A stretch of DNA of 64,000 bases, taken from contig MEXP01000020.1 in assembly GCA_001773725.1 (NCBI GenBank), positions 19,526 through 83,525 of the forward strand. The letters run 5' to 3'. Under the pieces are notes generated by a model that had not been told where the DNA came from, did no database searches, and saw nothing but the letters and a program-made list of their open reading frames with translations. The translations under genes and the position numbers were made by a program. Shown in pieces: positions 29,942 to 39,424 of the stretch; the stretch's first letter is position 1; the number at the start of each line of letters is the position of its first letter. Source of the DNA: Candidatus Amesbacteria bacterium RIFCSPLOWO2_01_FULL_49_25 (lineage in GTDB: Bacteria > Patescibacteriota > Microgenomatia > CAZETR01 > Amesbacteraceae).

Positions 29942-30635
29942 TTTAAAAAAAGACATCCGCCGTCTAGCCAACCCCGCCAAGGCAAAAATTTTATCTCGGT
30001 TTTTCAAAACTGGCCCGGGGGAATACGGCGAAGGGGATATTTTCCTGGGTTTAATGGTCCCCCAGTCACGAACCATCTCTCGCAAGTACAAAGATTTACC
30101 CCTTTCAGATATCCAATTACTTCTTAACTCAAAAATCCACGAAGAGCGCACCATCGCTTTGGCAATCTTGGTCAACCGTTTTGCCAAATCAGGCGTCCAA
30201 GACCGCAAAAATATTTATGGCTTTTACCTGGCAAATACCAAAAACATCAACAATTGGGACCTGGTTGATATCTCCGCCCCGAATATCGTTGGTGAATACC
30301 TTTTAGATAAACCATTAAATATTTTATTCAAACTGGCTAAATCAAAATCTCTTTGGGAACGCCGCATCGCCATTCTGTCCACATTCGCATTTATTTACAA
30401 AGGCGATCCCAAGCCAACACTCAAAATCGCCGAAATGCTATTACACGACAAAGAAGATTTGATCCACAAAGCCGTCGGCTGGCTTCTCAGAGAAGTCGGC
30501 AAACGCTGCAGTCAGAAAGTTCTCACCAATTTCTTAGACTCTCATCTTGGGCTGTTACCCCGCACTACGCTCCGCTACGCCATCGAGAGATTTCCCCCTA
30601 AACTTCGATTAAAATACCTTAAAAGTAAGTCGTGA
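29931..30635 (+). CDS. DNA alkylation repair protein (AlkD family)
   Basis: FFKTGPGEYGEGD, NNWDLVD, WERR, KAVGWLLRE and LRYAIE. Confidence 0.93.
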   Translation: MLSDLKKDIRRLANPAKAKILSRFFKTGPGEYGEGDIFLGLMVPQSRTISRKYKDLPLSDIQLLLNSKIHEERTIALAILVNRFAKSGVQDRKNIYGFYLANTKNINNWDLVDISAPNIVGEYLLDKPLNILFKLAKSKSLWERRIAILSTFAFIYKGDPKPTLKIAEMLLHDKEDLIHKAVGWLLREVGKRCSQKVLTNFLDSHLGLLPRTTLRYAIERFPPKLRLKYLKSKS

Positions 30636-31150
30636 ATCTTGATTTAACCAAATTTAAAGTGAGCCCTTTTGTCTTGATCTTTCTCAAAGATGGTGACAAA
30701 GTTTTGTTTTTGAAACGGTCCACCACTAAACAGATTTTCCCTGGAAAAATTTCCGGCATTGGAGGCAAGGTAGAACCAGGTGAGACGATAGAAGAATCAG
30801 CCCGTAGAGAATTTCAAGAAGAAACAGGGCTTTCTATAAAGGAATTACGGTATAAGGGCGTTTTTACAGGTGTTGTGCTGGACAAAGGTTTTATCAACGT
30901 CAACCATATTTTCTTGGCAATTGGTTATTCCGGAGAACTTAAAACAACTTCCGATGAGGGGGTGCTGTTTTGGGAAGACCCAGAAAAAGTTGCCCGAAAT
31001 CCCGACCTGGTCAACCATGTCCAACACCACTTATTAATCGACGTCGACGAAAACTCCGATCTATATTGTGGAGTAGGTGTAGTAGATAACTGGGAACTTA
31101 TTCAATATACCGATAATCGTCAGCACTTTCAGGATAGAAAGAACAAATGA
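30632..31150 (+). CDS. NUDIX hydrolase (MutT-like)
   Basis: GGKVEPGETIEESARREFQEETGL. Confidence 0.92.
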   Translation: MNLDLTKFKVSPFVLIFLKDGDKVLFLKRSTTKQIFPGKISGIGGKVEPGETIEESARREFQEETGLSIKELRYKGVFTGVVLDKGFINVNHIFLAIGYSGELKTTSDEGVLFWEDPEKVARNPDLVNHVQHHLLIDVDENSDLYCGVGVVDNWELIQYTDNRQHFQDRKNK

Positions 31151-32073
31151 ATCACCCGTTTTTGTATCTGGAATTTTATGGTTCCCACGCCGAACTGGGT
31201 CATTTTTTAGGCCAAACGTTTCGCTCAGAAATTAGCCGGCGGGTCAAAAAACTTAAAATCCTCCCCGTGGATCCCTATATCCAAGCCGCCCAAAAAGCCT
31301 TTCCTGAAATATTGGTCGAGGCCCAAAGCATGGCCCAGGCCGCCAGAGTTTCATTTGCGGACTTTTTTCTTCTTAACTGCTCCGAATTAAGTCATTGCAC
31401 CACCGTTTTTACTCACCTGGACAATCAGCCGGTTGTCGCCCACAACGAAGATTCAGGTAGCGACGGCGAAACCTCAGACGATTTATACATCCTCAAAGCC
31501 AAAATAGGGAACACAACTATTCTTGGGTTGCACTACAAACACCAGCTTATTGGCACGTCGGTGAGTATCAACAATTGGGGCCTTGTTCAGTGTATTGATA
31601 ATCTCCATCCCCACTCCCAAATCGGTGTTCCCCGTAATTTTGTCGCTCGGGCCGTTTTAGAATGCCGCTCACTTGCCCAAGCCAAACAACTACTATCCCA
31701 AACTCCCCATGCTTCCGGTTATAACCACTTCCTGATCCAAGACGACGAACTGTTAAACATTGCCGTCTCCCCTCAATATCAGGAAGTTGAGCAATCATCC
31801 GGTAATCATTTCGTCCACACCAACCACTTTCTTACCCCCCGAGGCCTTGCCCAGGAAATTTATCAATCTCAGGAATCTATAGACCGATATCAAAAAGCCT
31901 CTCGCCTCGCCAAGGACCACATGACCCAAGTTGAGACATTGGCATTACTAACCGTCTGCCAAGACTCCACCCTCGCCCGCGCCCTCCTCTTTCCGACCCA
32001 AGGTAAAATTCTCATCCAAAATCCCTCCTCTCCCGACCCAACCTTCACCCCATACTTTCTCGAGTTAGGCTAA
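31147..32073 (+). CDS. C45-family Ntn autoproteolytic acyltransferase/hydrolase
   Basis: HCTT cleavage site, AHNED, INNWGL and VHTNHF. Confidence 0.88.
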   Translation: MNHPFLYLEFYGSHAELGHFLGQTFRSEISRRVKKLKILPVDPYIQAAQKAFPEILVEAQSMAQAARVSFADFFLLNCSELSHCTTVFTHLDNQPVVAHNEDSGSDGETSDDLYILKAKIGNTTILGLHYKHQLIGTSVSINNWGLVQCIDNLHPHSQIGVPRNFVARAVLECRSLAQAKQLLSQTPHASGYNHFLIQDDELLNIAVSPQYQEVEQSSGNHFVHTNHFLTPRGLAQEIYQSQESIDRYQKASRLAKDHMTQVETLALLTVCQDSTLARALLFPTQGKILIQNPSSPDPTFTPYFLELG

Positions 32074-32091
32074 AATATCCGAAAGCCAAAT

Positions 32092-32583
32092 ATGAATTTT
32101 GAAATAAATGAGTTAAAAGACAAGGCAACAGCAATTGAGGTCGGAGATTTCTTAACAGGCCCTAATGCTTTCGAACAAACCTGGGCTCCAAACGAAAAAG
32201 ACATGGTTAAGCAGGCATCTCTTGATAGTTTGAGAAATAAAAATCACAAGTATTGGTATGTCGAAGATAGGGGAAAAATTATTGGGGCAATCGGTGTCAG
32301 GGAAAATAAATACGGCAGCGGAGGGTACGAAATGGACTCTGACTATATTGCGGTCCACAAAAACTATCGTAATCAAGGAATTGCATCAGAGTTACTTCGC
32401 AAAATGGAAGAACTTGTTAAAGAAAGGGGAGGGCGATATATTCATGTTCTCACCTGCGATATTGATTCATATATCCCCGCGAGAAAGTTTTACGAAAAGA
32501 ATGGTTACAAAAAAGTAAGTGAAATCCCCAATTATTACGTGCCCGGCGAAGGGCGAATTGATTACTTCAAAGAATTAACATGA
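32092..32583 (+). CDS. GNAT-family acetyltransferase
   Basis: IAVHKNYRNQGIAS and ARKFYEKNGY. Confidence 0.9.
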   Translation: MNFEINELKDKATAIEVGDFLTGPNAFEQTWAPNEKDMVKQASLDSLRNKNHKYWYVEDRGKIIGAIGVRENKYGSGGYEMDSDYIAVHKNYRNQGIASELLRKMEELVKERGGRYIHVLTCDIDSYIPARKFYEKNGYKKVSEIPNYYVPGEGRIDYFKELT

Positions 32584-33626
32584 AATACCGGACCCTTGGC
32601 AAAACGGGTTTAAAAGTTTCGGAAGTGGGCATGGGCACGTGGCAGTTAGCCAATGATCCCGGCTGTTGGGTCGGCTCGGACCTAGACGAAAGCCTCAAAG
32701 CACTACACAAATTCGTGGAACTCGGCGGCAATTTTATTGATACCGCCTGGGTATACGGATACTCGAATTCTCAGCCAGACAGGCACCCATCTGAAGAACT
32801 TATCGGCAAATTCCTGAAAGACTCCGGCAGGCGTGATCAATTAGTTATCGCGACCAAAGTTCCCGGCAAAAACATGAAGTGGCCGGCGTTTAAAAACATT
32901 CCCATTTCAAAAGTTTTCCCGAACGACTGGATTGAAAAATGTGTCGATGACTCATTAAGAAGTCTCGGGGTGGATCATCTAGATTTGGTTCAATTTCATG
33001 TCTGGCAAGACGATTTTGTAGACGAAGACGGTTGGAAAAAAACTATCCAAAAAATTATCAAATCCGGCAAAGTCCGCTACTGGGGCATTTCCATAAACGA
33101 CTATCAACCCTCAAATTGTTTCAAAGCCATAGACACCGGTCTGATTTCTACAATTCAATTTATCTTCAACATCTTTCATCAAAAACCCACTGAAAAATTT
33201 CTGCCATATGCTAGAAAAAATAATATCGGCCTCATAGCTCGTGTCCCCCTGGACGAAGGGGGACTAACTGGAACTCTGGCGGTTGACACCAGATTTGCGG
33301 ATGGTGACTTCCGTCGTAACTATTTTTCTCCTGATCGTCTTCCAGAATTAATAGTCCGGACTGACAGATTAAAAAACATTCTCAGATCAGAAGCCAAAAC
33401 CCTGCCGGAATTAGCCCTCCGATATATTTTATCCTGGCCGGAAATATCAACAACCATTCCCGGCATTCGCAAAGTCAAGTACGCCATAGAAAACACTTCC
33501 GTCTCCGATGGCCGTAGATTATCAGACCAGCTCATGTCCGAACTCAAAAATCACACCTGGGAACGAAACTTTTATGACGACTGCTACGACCCGTGGCTCA
33601 AAAACTCTAATTTTGTGGAACCCTGA
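32580..33626 (+). CDS. Aldo/keto reductase
   Basis: LGKTGLKVSEVGMGTW, FIDTAWVYG, IATK and DLVQFH. Confidence 0.95.
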   Translation: MKYRTLGKTGLKVSEVGMGTWQLANDPGCWVGSDLDESLKALHKFVELGGNFIDTAWVYGYSNSQPDRHPSEELIGKFLKDSGRRDQLVIATKVPGKNMKWPAFKNIPISKVFPNDWIEKCVDDSLRSLGVDHLDLVQFHVWQDDFVDEDGWKKTIQKIIKSGKVRYWGISINDYQPSNCFKAIDTGLISTIQFIFNIFHQKPTEKFLPYARKNNIGLIARVPLDEGGLTGTLAVDTRFADGDFRRNYFSPDRLPELIVRTDRLKNILRSEAKTLPELALRYILSWPEISTTIPGIRKVKYAIENTSVSDGRRLSDQLMSELKNHTWERNFYDDCYDPWLKNSNFVEP

Positions 33627-33672
33627 TTAAATTAATATCTTCCACAGCCAGCCATGCCGCGGCAAGACCAAC
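33607..33672 (-). pseudogene. Remnant 3' end of an ASCH gene
   Basis: Translates VGLAAAWLAVEDINLIRVPQN*, compared with FGSATAWLVVEDINKVKII* at the end of the intact ASCH gene. Confidence 0.75.
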
Positions 33673-33727
33673 CTCGGATTATTAGCCTGTCCTTGCCCGA
33701 CCTCTCCGTGAATGCCATAATCGAAAC

Positions 33728-35140
33728 ATGTTGGAAAAGTATTTTCGTAAGATTCTCTTCAGGCGGTTCTTAAAAATAGATCTAAATGCAGTAGAACTTG
33801 CTGCAGCCGAAGATTCCCTTAAGAATAAATATTCCAAAGGATTATTGGAAAGTTTAATTTACGGCTTGATATCTATTCCCGCACTACTCTTTCTGGACAC
33901 CAGCATATTAGTGAGCGTGCTTATCCCTATTACCATGGTTTCGGGAACTGCCTGGTTTGCTGTTTCACTATCCAATATCAAGATGAAATTTGAGCCCTTT
34001 GGCAACGAATTAACAGTTGATCTCTATCGATCCTTTATGACCTCACTCGTGTTTCTTTCTCTCATGACTGTTGTAGCTCTTAATCCCAACTTATTCTTGC
34101 CCATATCCGCATGGGGTAAACAGTTTGCAGTTATTCCAATGATTTCGGGAATCTTCGGAACTCTAATAGTTCTTAAGATGATATACGACGTTTTTTCAGG
34201 GGCAACAAAGTACGATATGAACGATTCTATGTTGACGGGACAGCACGAAGCCGCCGAAAAATTTTACAAAAGATCACTCTCTCTTCTCAATTCTTGTGGC
34301 AGTCAACTCAAGACCGGGATATCTGCCGGAGCCACAGGCTATTTTGTCGGGCTAGCCTTTTACGAGGTCTTTAACTACATACTTTTATCAAAGGGCGACC
34401 ATCCAGAGGTACGTGAAATAATTTTCGAGATAGGGAAACTCAAATCAAAACCACCATCTACCGTAAAAGAAATAAAGACAATATGCGTCAGTTTTATTGA
34501 GAAGTTTCTCTCTTACGTTACAAATATTGCCGACGGTAGTACTCAAAAAAGCTATAAAAATATCCAATTAGAACTCTCCTCAATAAGAGAAAATCCCAAT
34601 GAAAACCAAGAAGTCCTAAATCTCAGACTAGCCACGATTCTAGAGGAAATGGAAGATATGTTGACGGGACAGGGAGAAGCCCTATTTACAAAGCGTCTCG
34701 AAATTGAAAAGAAATTTTTAGTCAAAACATTACCGGACTTGGAAAGTTTAGAGAAAACCGACATCCTGCAAGGCTACTTAGCCTCTCCAGCAGGGGACGA
34801 GCTAAGGATTAGAAAAATGGGATCAAATTATTTAAGAACCCACAAAAGGTCATATCCATCCGGATACCGAGAGGAGATAGAAGAGTTTATTCCCCATGAA
34901 GAATTCGACAATTTATGGCCACAAACCCAAGGGAAAAGAATAGAGAAAACCCGATACAAAATTCCTTACAGGGAATTAATTATTGAACTGGATGTTTTTT
35001 CAGGCCATCATAAAGGACTCGCCTTAGCCGAAGTGGAGTTTCATTCCGAGCAAGAGGCTGACTCATTCTCACCCCCAGAGTGGTTTGGCAAAGAAGTAAC
35101 TCTAGACCCCAAATATAAAAACGCAAACCTGGCAAACTAG
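33728..35140 (+). CDS. Membrane protein with C-terminal CYTH (triphosphate tunnel metalloenzyme) domain
   Basis: About four N-terminal TM segments. From ~34697: EIEKKF, QGYL, LRIRK, IEKTRY, ELDVF, AEVEF, PEWFGKEVT. Confidence 0.85.
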   Translation: MLEKYFRKILFRRFLKIDLNAVELAAAEDSLKNKYSKGLLESLIYGLISIPALLFLDTSILVSVLIPITMVSGTAWFAVSLSNIKMKFEPFGNELTVDLYRSFMTSLVFLSLMTVVALNPNLFLPISAWGKQFAVIPMISGIFGTLIVLKMIYDVFSGATKYDMNDSMLTGQHEAAEKFYKRSLSLLNSCGSQLKTGISAGATGYFVGLAFYEVFNYILLSKGDHPEVREIIFEIGKLKSKPPSTVKEIKTICVSFIEKFLSYVTNIADGSTQKSYKNIQLELSSIRENPNENQEVLNLRLATILEEMEDMLTGQGEALFTKRLEIEKKFLVKTLPDLESLEKTDILQGYLASPAGDELRIRKMGSNYLRTHKRSYPSGYREEIEEFIPHEEFDNLWPQTQGKRIEKTRYKIPYRELIIELDVFSGHHKGLALAEVEFHSEQEADSFSPPEWFGKEVTLDPKYKNANLAN

Positions 35141-35141
35141 C

Positions 35142-35525
35142 TTAGATAATCTTGACCTTATTAATATCTTCCACAACCAACCACGCAGTGGCGGAGCCGA
35201 AACCTGATTTGTTAATTTTAAAGGGCGCGATTCTTCTTGGGTTCTTCATCCATATTAAAACGCAATAATTTTTACCTTTAGCCCATTCCCCCGACCCAAA
35301 CAGCCCGATTGCCTTCTTCATATCCGTCGTTTCCATCACTTTTTCAGCCTCGGCCATCGCCGTGATTGGTTTTCCAGCATCTTTAAAATATTTTTTCTCT
35401 CCGACTTTTATTTTATCCCACGGCGCAGATTTATTTTTTAACCACCTTGACTCAATTTTCTTTTGCCCATTCAAAATTTTCTCAATTAAGTTAAGTTTTG
35501 GGTTCACAACAGCGATATGGTCCAT
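35142..35525 (-). CDS. ASCH/PUA-like domain protein
   Basis: ILNGQKKIESR (GxKxxExR) motif. Confidence 0.8.
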   Translation of the reverse strand: MDHIAVVNPKLNLIEKILNGQKKIESRWLKNKSAPWDKIKVGEKKYFKDAGKPITAMAEAEKVMETTDMKKAIGLFGSGEWAKGKNYCVLIWMKNPRRIAPFKINKSGFGSATAWLVVEDINKVKII

Positions 35526-35543
35526 AGCAAGCGCAGCGCAGAT

Positions 35544-35592
35544 ATATGAAAGGATCCACAAGCGTTAGCGAGTGGTAGGTATCCTTTCATAT
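35544..35592. repeat. Long imperfect palindrome overlapping the rnhB stop
   Basis: ATATGAAAGGAT...ATCCTTTCATAT with an inner CCAC/GTGG stem. Confidence 0.65.
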
Positions 35593-36135
35593 TGTCACTT
35601 TATCTCTTAATGCCGTTGTCACAAACACACTCCGGTGATACCTGCTCATACCGTGTTCCTTAATTGCCTGGATATGATATTTGGTGCCGTAACCCACGTT
35701 GGACTTCCATCCGTATTTTGGGAACTCTTTATGTAGGCGGGTCATTAATCTATCCCTCTCTACCTTTGCTACTATCGACGCAGCCATCACGCACTTTATT
35801 TTTCCATCCGCTTTTATCAGGCTTTTGGCATTTCTAATCTTCAAACTCCCGTCGACGATATACCTGTCCGCCTCGATTCGATTAATAAGATTTTTAAATA
35901 TCTGTTTGTTTGCCCACGCCATTCCCCGGTTATTAATCTGTCTTGCGGAAATAGATTCGACAGCGAACTCCATTTTCGCCCGTTTCATCCGGTTATAAAG
36001 TTTCCGCCTCTGTTTTGGTGTTAATTTCTTGCTGTCCTTCAAAGACAAATTGTGTTTATTTAACACAACTGCCGCGGCCACCAGCGGTCCCGCAAGACAA
36101 CCGCGTCCAACCTCATCCAATCCGCATATCCGCAT
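35587..36135 (-). CDS. rnhB: Ribonuclease HII
   Basis: GLDEVGRG, DSKKL, VDG, AASIVAKV and GYGT. Confidence 0.96.
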   Translation of the reverse strand: MRICGLDEVGRGCLAGPLVAAAVVLNKHNLSLKDSKKLTPKQRRKLYNRMKRAKMEFAVESISARQINNRGMAWANKQIFKNLINRIEADRYIVDGSLKIRNAKSLIKADGKIKCVMAASIVAKVERDRLMTRLHKEFPKYGWKSNVGYGTKYHIQAIKEHGMSRYHRSVFVTTALRDKVTI

Positions 36136-36162
36136 AGACAAATTTTACCCTACTTCTTTTAT

Positions 36163-36202
36163 TCCCCCTCTCCTGAATTTAGGAGAGGGGTTAGGGGTGA
36201 GG
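36163..36202. repeat. Intergenic palindromic element
   Basis: CCCCTCTCCT-GAATTT-AGGAGAGGGG followed by TTAGGGGTGAGG. Confidence 0.65.
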
Positions 36203-36214
36203 TATTATTGGGAC

Positions 36215-39058
36215 ATGTCCGAAGCCAAAAAACTCAACAAACAACAGCTCGAGACCGTGACCCACAAATCCGGACCGCTTTTGATCATCGCCGGCGCTGG
36301 AACCGGCAAAACCACGGCCATTACCGAGCGAGTCAAGTGGTTAATTTCCCAGGGCCTTGCTCTAACCTCAGAAATTCTCTGTCTGACCTTCACCGAAAAA
36401 GCCGCTTTGGAGATGGAGGAGCGCGTCGACTCCGCCCTGCCCTACGGCTACACTCAGATGTGGATCAGCACCTTCCACTCTTTCTGTGATCAAATCCTGC
36501 GTGCCGAAGGCTTAAACATTGGCCTGGACACAAGCTACAAGTTATTAACCGGGGCAGACGCGATTTCTCTGCTTAAAAATCATCTTTTTGATTTTCAACT
36601 CGATTATTATCGCCCCTTGGGTAATCCCACAAAATTTCTATCTGCCATTCTCCAGCATTTCAGCCGACTGGCAGACGAAGACATCAATCCCTCCCAATAT
36701 TTATCCTGGTCAAAAAATCAAGACCCGAACTATCAAGAACTAGCTCGGCTTTATTTCGATTATTCCGACCTGAAAGTCAAAGAAGGTGCATTGGACTTTT
36801 CTGATTTAATTTCATATTCTCTCAAACTCTTCCGCGACCGCCCCAACGTTCTTCAGCTTTATCAACAAAAATTTAAATATGTTTTAGTAGACGAATTTCA
36901 AGATACCAATTACGCCCAAAACCAGCTCATCAACCTTCTGGCGGCTCCCAACGCCAACCTCACGGTTGTTGCGGACGACGACCAGGCCATCTATCGCTGG
37001 CGCGGCGCGGCGGTTTCTAATGTTATCCAATTTAGACAGACTTACCCCAACGCCAAATTAATTACCCTCACCCAAAACTATCGCTCAACCCAGGAGATTC
37101 TAGATAGGGCATACACTCTGATCCAAAACAACAACCCCGATCGTCTCGAAATAAAAGAAAGGATTGATAAGAAACTAATATCTGTTCGCAAAATCAAAGG
37201 CGATAAAATCGAACTTCTTCACTCCGACCGCGTTGAAAACGAAGCCGAACTCGTCGCGAAGCGAATTAATGAGCAAGTCCTGAGCGAAGTCGAAGGACCA
37301 AAAAACAAAATAACTTTCAAAGACATCGCCATTCTTGTCCGCGCCAACGCCCACGCCGAACCTTTCATCCGGGCCCTTTCCCGTCATGGCGTTCCCCATC
37401 AGTTTTTAGGCCCCGGCCGTCTTTTTCATCAGCCCGAAATCAAAGACCTGATTGCCTATCTCAAGATTCTTTACAACTTCGAGGATAACGCCTCTTTTTA
37501 TCGCGTCTTGGCCATGGATTTTTTTTCTGTTCCCCCCCGCGATTTGGCCGTTATCACCAATCTTGCCAGAAAACAAGATTTGTCATTATTCACAGCCTGC
37601 GAGCAATCCGAACTTACCTCAGTTAAGCCGCTTGTTGAGTTAATCAACCGCCACTTACATCTTGTTCCCAAAGAAACCGCCGGCCAGATTCTTTACGATT
37701 TTTTGGAAAAATCCGGGCTTCTTAAAGCCATTCTCGATTACAAGGCTCCTATCGACGAAATCAAAGCCCAAAACATCATGAAGTTTTTTAATAAATTAAA
37801 GTCCTTCGAAACCCAGAATTCCGATGCTTCAGTCCGCTCCGTCGTCGACTGGCTCAATCTCTCCTCGGATATAGGCGAATCTCCCTTGTCCGCTGAAATC
37901 GATTGGGGTCAAAACGACGCTGTCAATATTTTAACGGTTCATTCCGCCAAGGGCCTGGAATTCCCAGTTGTCTTTTTGATTAATCTGGTCGTCGACCGTT
38001 TTCCTTCTCGTTCCCGCTCCGAACCCATTCCCGTCCCCGATGCGCTCATAAAGGAAATTCTGCCGGAAGGAGACTTTCACTTGCAGGAAGAACGCCGTCT
38101 CTTTTACGTCGGCCTCACTCGGGCCAAAGATAAATTATTCTTAACCGCTTCGGATTTCTACGGCGAGGGCAAACGCACCAAAAAGCTCTCCCCATTCATC
38201 ACCGAGACTCTCGGCGACCAAATTCTTACACTCTCCAGCTCTCCCGCTCTCCAGCTCTCGATTCTTGACTGGCAAAAGTCAGAAGTAATAACTCCTAAAA
38301 GCTCTAAGATGTCAGCTATAAGCTATTTAAGTTATTCTCAAATCCAGACATTTCTCGACTGCCCCTTACACTACAAAGCCAAATATATTTTGAAAATCCC
38401 CACCCCCCCTTCAGCCGCTTCCTCTTTCGGCAACACTATCCATGCCACCCTTAAAGATTTTTATTTATCCCTCCGCAGCTCGCAGGGCGAAGGGGAACAA
38501 TCCAACATCATCGATCTCCTTAAAAAGAATTGGTCTTCAGAAGGATATTTAAACAAAAAACACGAGCAGGAATATTTCAAAAAAGGCGAGCGTTATCTAA
38601 CCGAGTATCTCAAAAATAATTTCGACCCCAAACGTCTTCCCATCAAACTCGAAGAGCCATTCACAGTCCCTCTTTCGCCAAATCTTAAAATCGGCGGCAA
38701 AATAGATCGTGTCGATTTACTGCCCGACGGCAAAATTGAAATCATTGACTACAAAACCAGTACCACCGTCCCTACCCAAAAGGACGTCGATAAAGATCTC
38801 CAACTTTCTTTCTATGCTCTCGTGGCCACACTCCTACGCGAACCCGCCTTTAATCGTCGCCCAGCGGACGTCATTCTCAGCCTTTACTTTTTTGACCAGC
38901 AAAAGAAAGTTTCCACCGCCCGCACTATCGCCCAACTGGAAGAAGCCAAGCAGCAAATCTTTTCCTACGCCGACCAGATCTCAAAATCAGATTTTCATTG
39001 TTCCGGTTCACAGCTTTGTCGAATTTGTGACTTTAAAATCCTCTGTGACGTGTCATAA
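36215..39058 (+). CDS. UvrD-family helicase fused to a C-terminal PD-(D/E)xK nuclease (AdnA/AdnB-like, probable Fe-S)
   Basis: AGAGTGKT, DEFQD, HSAKGLEF and YVGLTRA helicase motifs; LSYSQ..CP, GKIDRVD and IDYKT nuclease motifs; C-terminal CRICDFKILC. Confidence 0.93.
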   Translation: MSEAKKLNKQQLETVTHKSGPLLIIAGAGTGKTTAITERVKWLISQGLALTSEILCLTFTEKAALEMEERVDSALPYGYTQMWISTFHSFCDQILRAEGLNIGLDTSYKLLTGADAISLLKNHLFDFQLDYYRPLGNPTKFLSAILQHFSRLADEDINPSQYLSWSKNQDPNYQELARLYFDYSDLKVKEGALDFSDLISYSLKLFRDRPNVLQLYQQKFKYVLVDEFQDTNYAQNQLINLLAAPNANLTVVADDDQAIYRWRGAAVSNVIQFRQTYPNAKLITLTQNYRSTQEILDRAYTLIQNNNPDRLEIKERIDKKLISVRKIKGDKIELLHSDRVENEAELVAKRINEQVLSEVEGPKNKITFKDIAILVRANAHAEPFIRALSRHGVPHQFLGPGRLFHQPEIKDLIAYLKILYNFEDNASFYRVLAMDFFSVPPRDLAVITNLARKQDLSLFTACEQSELTSVKPLVELINRHLHLVPKETAGQILYDFLEKSGLLKAILDYKAPIDEIKAQNIMKFFNKLKSFETQNSDASVRSVVDWLNLSSDIGESPLSAEIDWGQNDAVNILTVHSAKGLEFPVVFLINLVVDRFPSRSRSEPIPVPDALIKEILPEGDFHLQEERRLFYVGLTRAKDKLFLTASDFYGEGKRTKKLSPFITETLGDQILTLSSSPALQLSILDWQKSEVITPKSSKMSAISYLSYSQIQTFLDCPLHYKAKYILKIPTPPSAASSFGNTIHATLKDFYLSLRSSQGEGEQSNIIDLLKKNWSSEGYLNKKHEQEYFKKGERYLTEYLKNNFDPKRLPIKLEEPFTVPLSPNLKIGGKIDRVDLLPDGKIEIIDYKTSTTVPTQKDVDKDLQLSFYALVATLLREPAFNRRPADVILSLYFFDQQKKVSTARTIAQLEEAKQQIFSYADQISKSDFHCSGSQLCRICDFKILCDVS
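37277..37298 (+). repeat. Short palindromic element inside the helicase-nuclease (encodes VLSEVEG)
   Basis: GTCCT-GAGCGAAGTCGA-AGGAC. Confidence 0.8.
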
Positions 39059-39073
39059 TCAACCCAATTGCAA

Positions 39074-39424
39074 ATGGGTGGAGAAGTTGCACCAGAAAAA
39101 ATTTACCTGAACGAAGAGGAGAAAGGATTACTCACCTCTATTAACATCCAGATTAACGCCAACAATGGCCATTTGCCAAAGGGGGGGATTAGAATTCCCT
39201 TGGAACTGGGGGGTCAACGCATTAGCATCAAGAATATTACTTTATCACTCGGCGATATAGCTTTTGAAGCCGATCTGGATTTTGATAACCAAAAGAAAGA
39301 GTATATTTTTACCCCTTCGCCTGATAATCGCAAAATACCCTCGATACGGCAATTGAGAATGAGAGGCGCCGAACTCGATGAGCGTCTAGCAGAGGCGAAG
39401 TTACGGTTTCGTCGATCTAGTTAA
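39074..39424 (+). CDS. Hypothetical protein
   Basis: ORF filling the gap between the helicase and a convergent gene. Confidence 0.55.
   Translation: MGGEVAPEKIYLNEEEKGLLTSINIQINANNGHLPKGGIRIPLELGGQRISIKNITLSLGDIAFEADLDFDNQKKEYIFTPSPDNRKIPSIRQLRMRGAELDERLAEAKLRFRRSS

Noticed and set aside
36029-36214. N-terminal extension of the helicase-nuclease
   Set aside because: It overlaps rnhB antisense and a palindromic element. ATG 36215 follows a -10-like box and matches UvrD starts.
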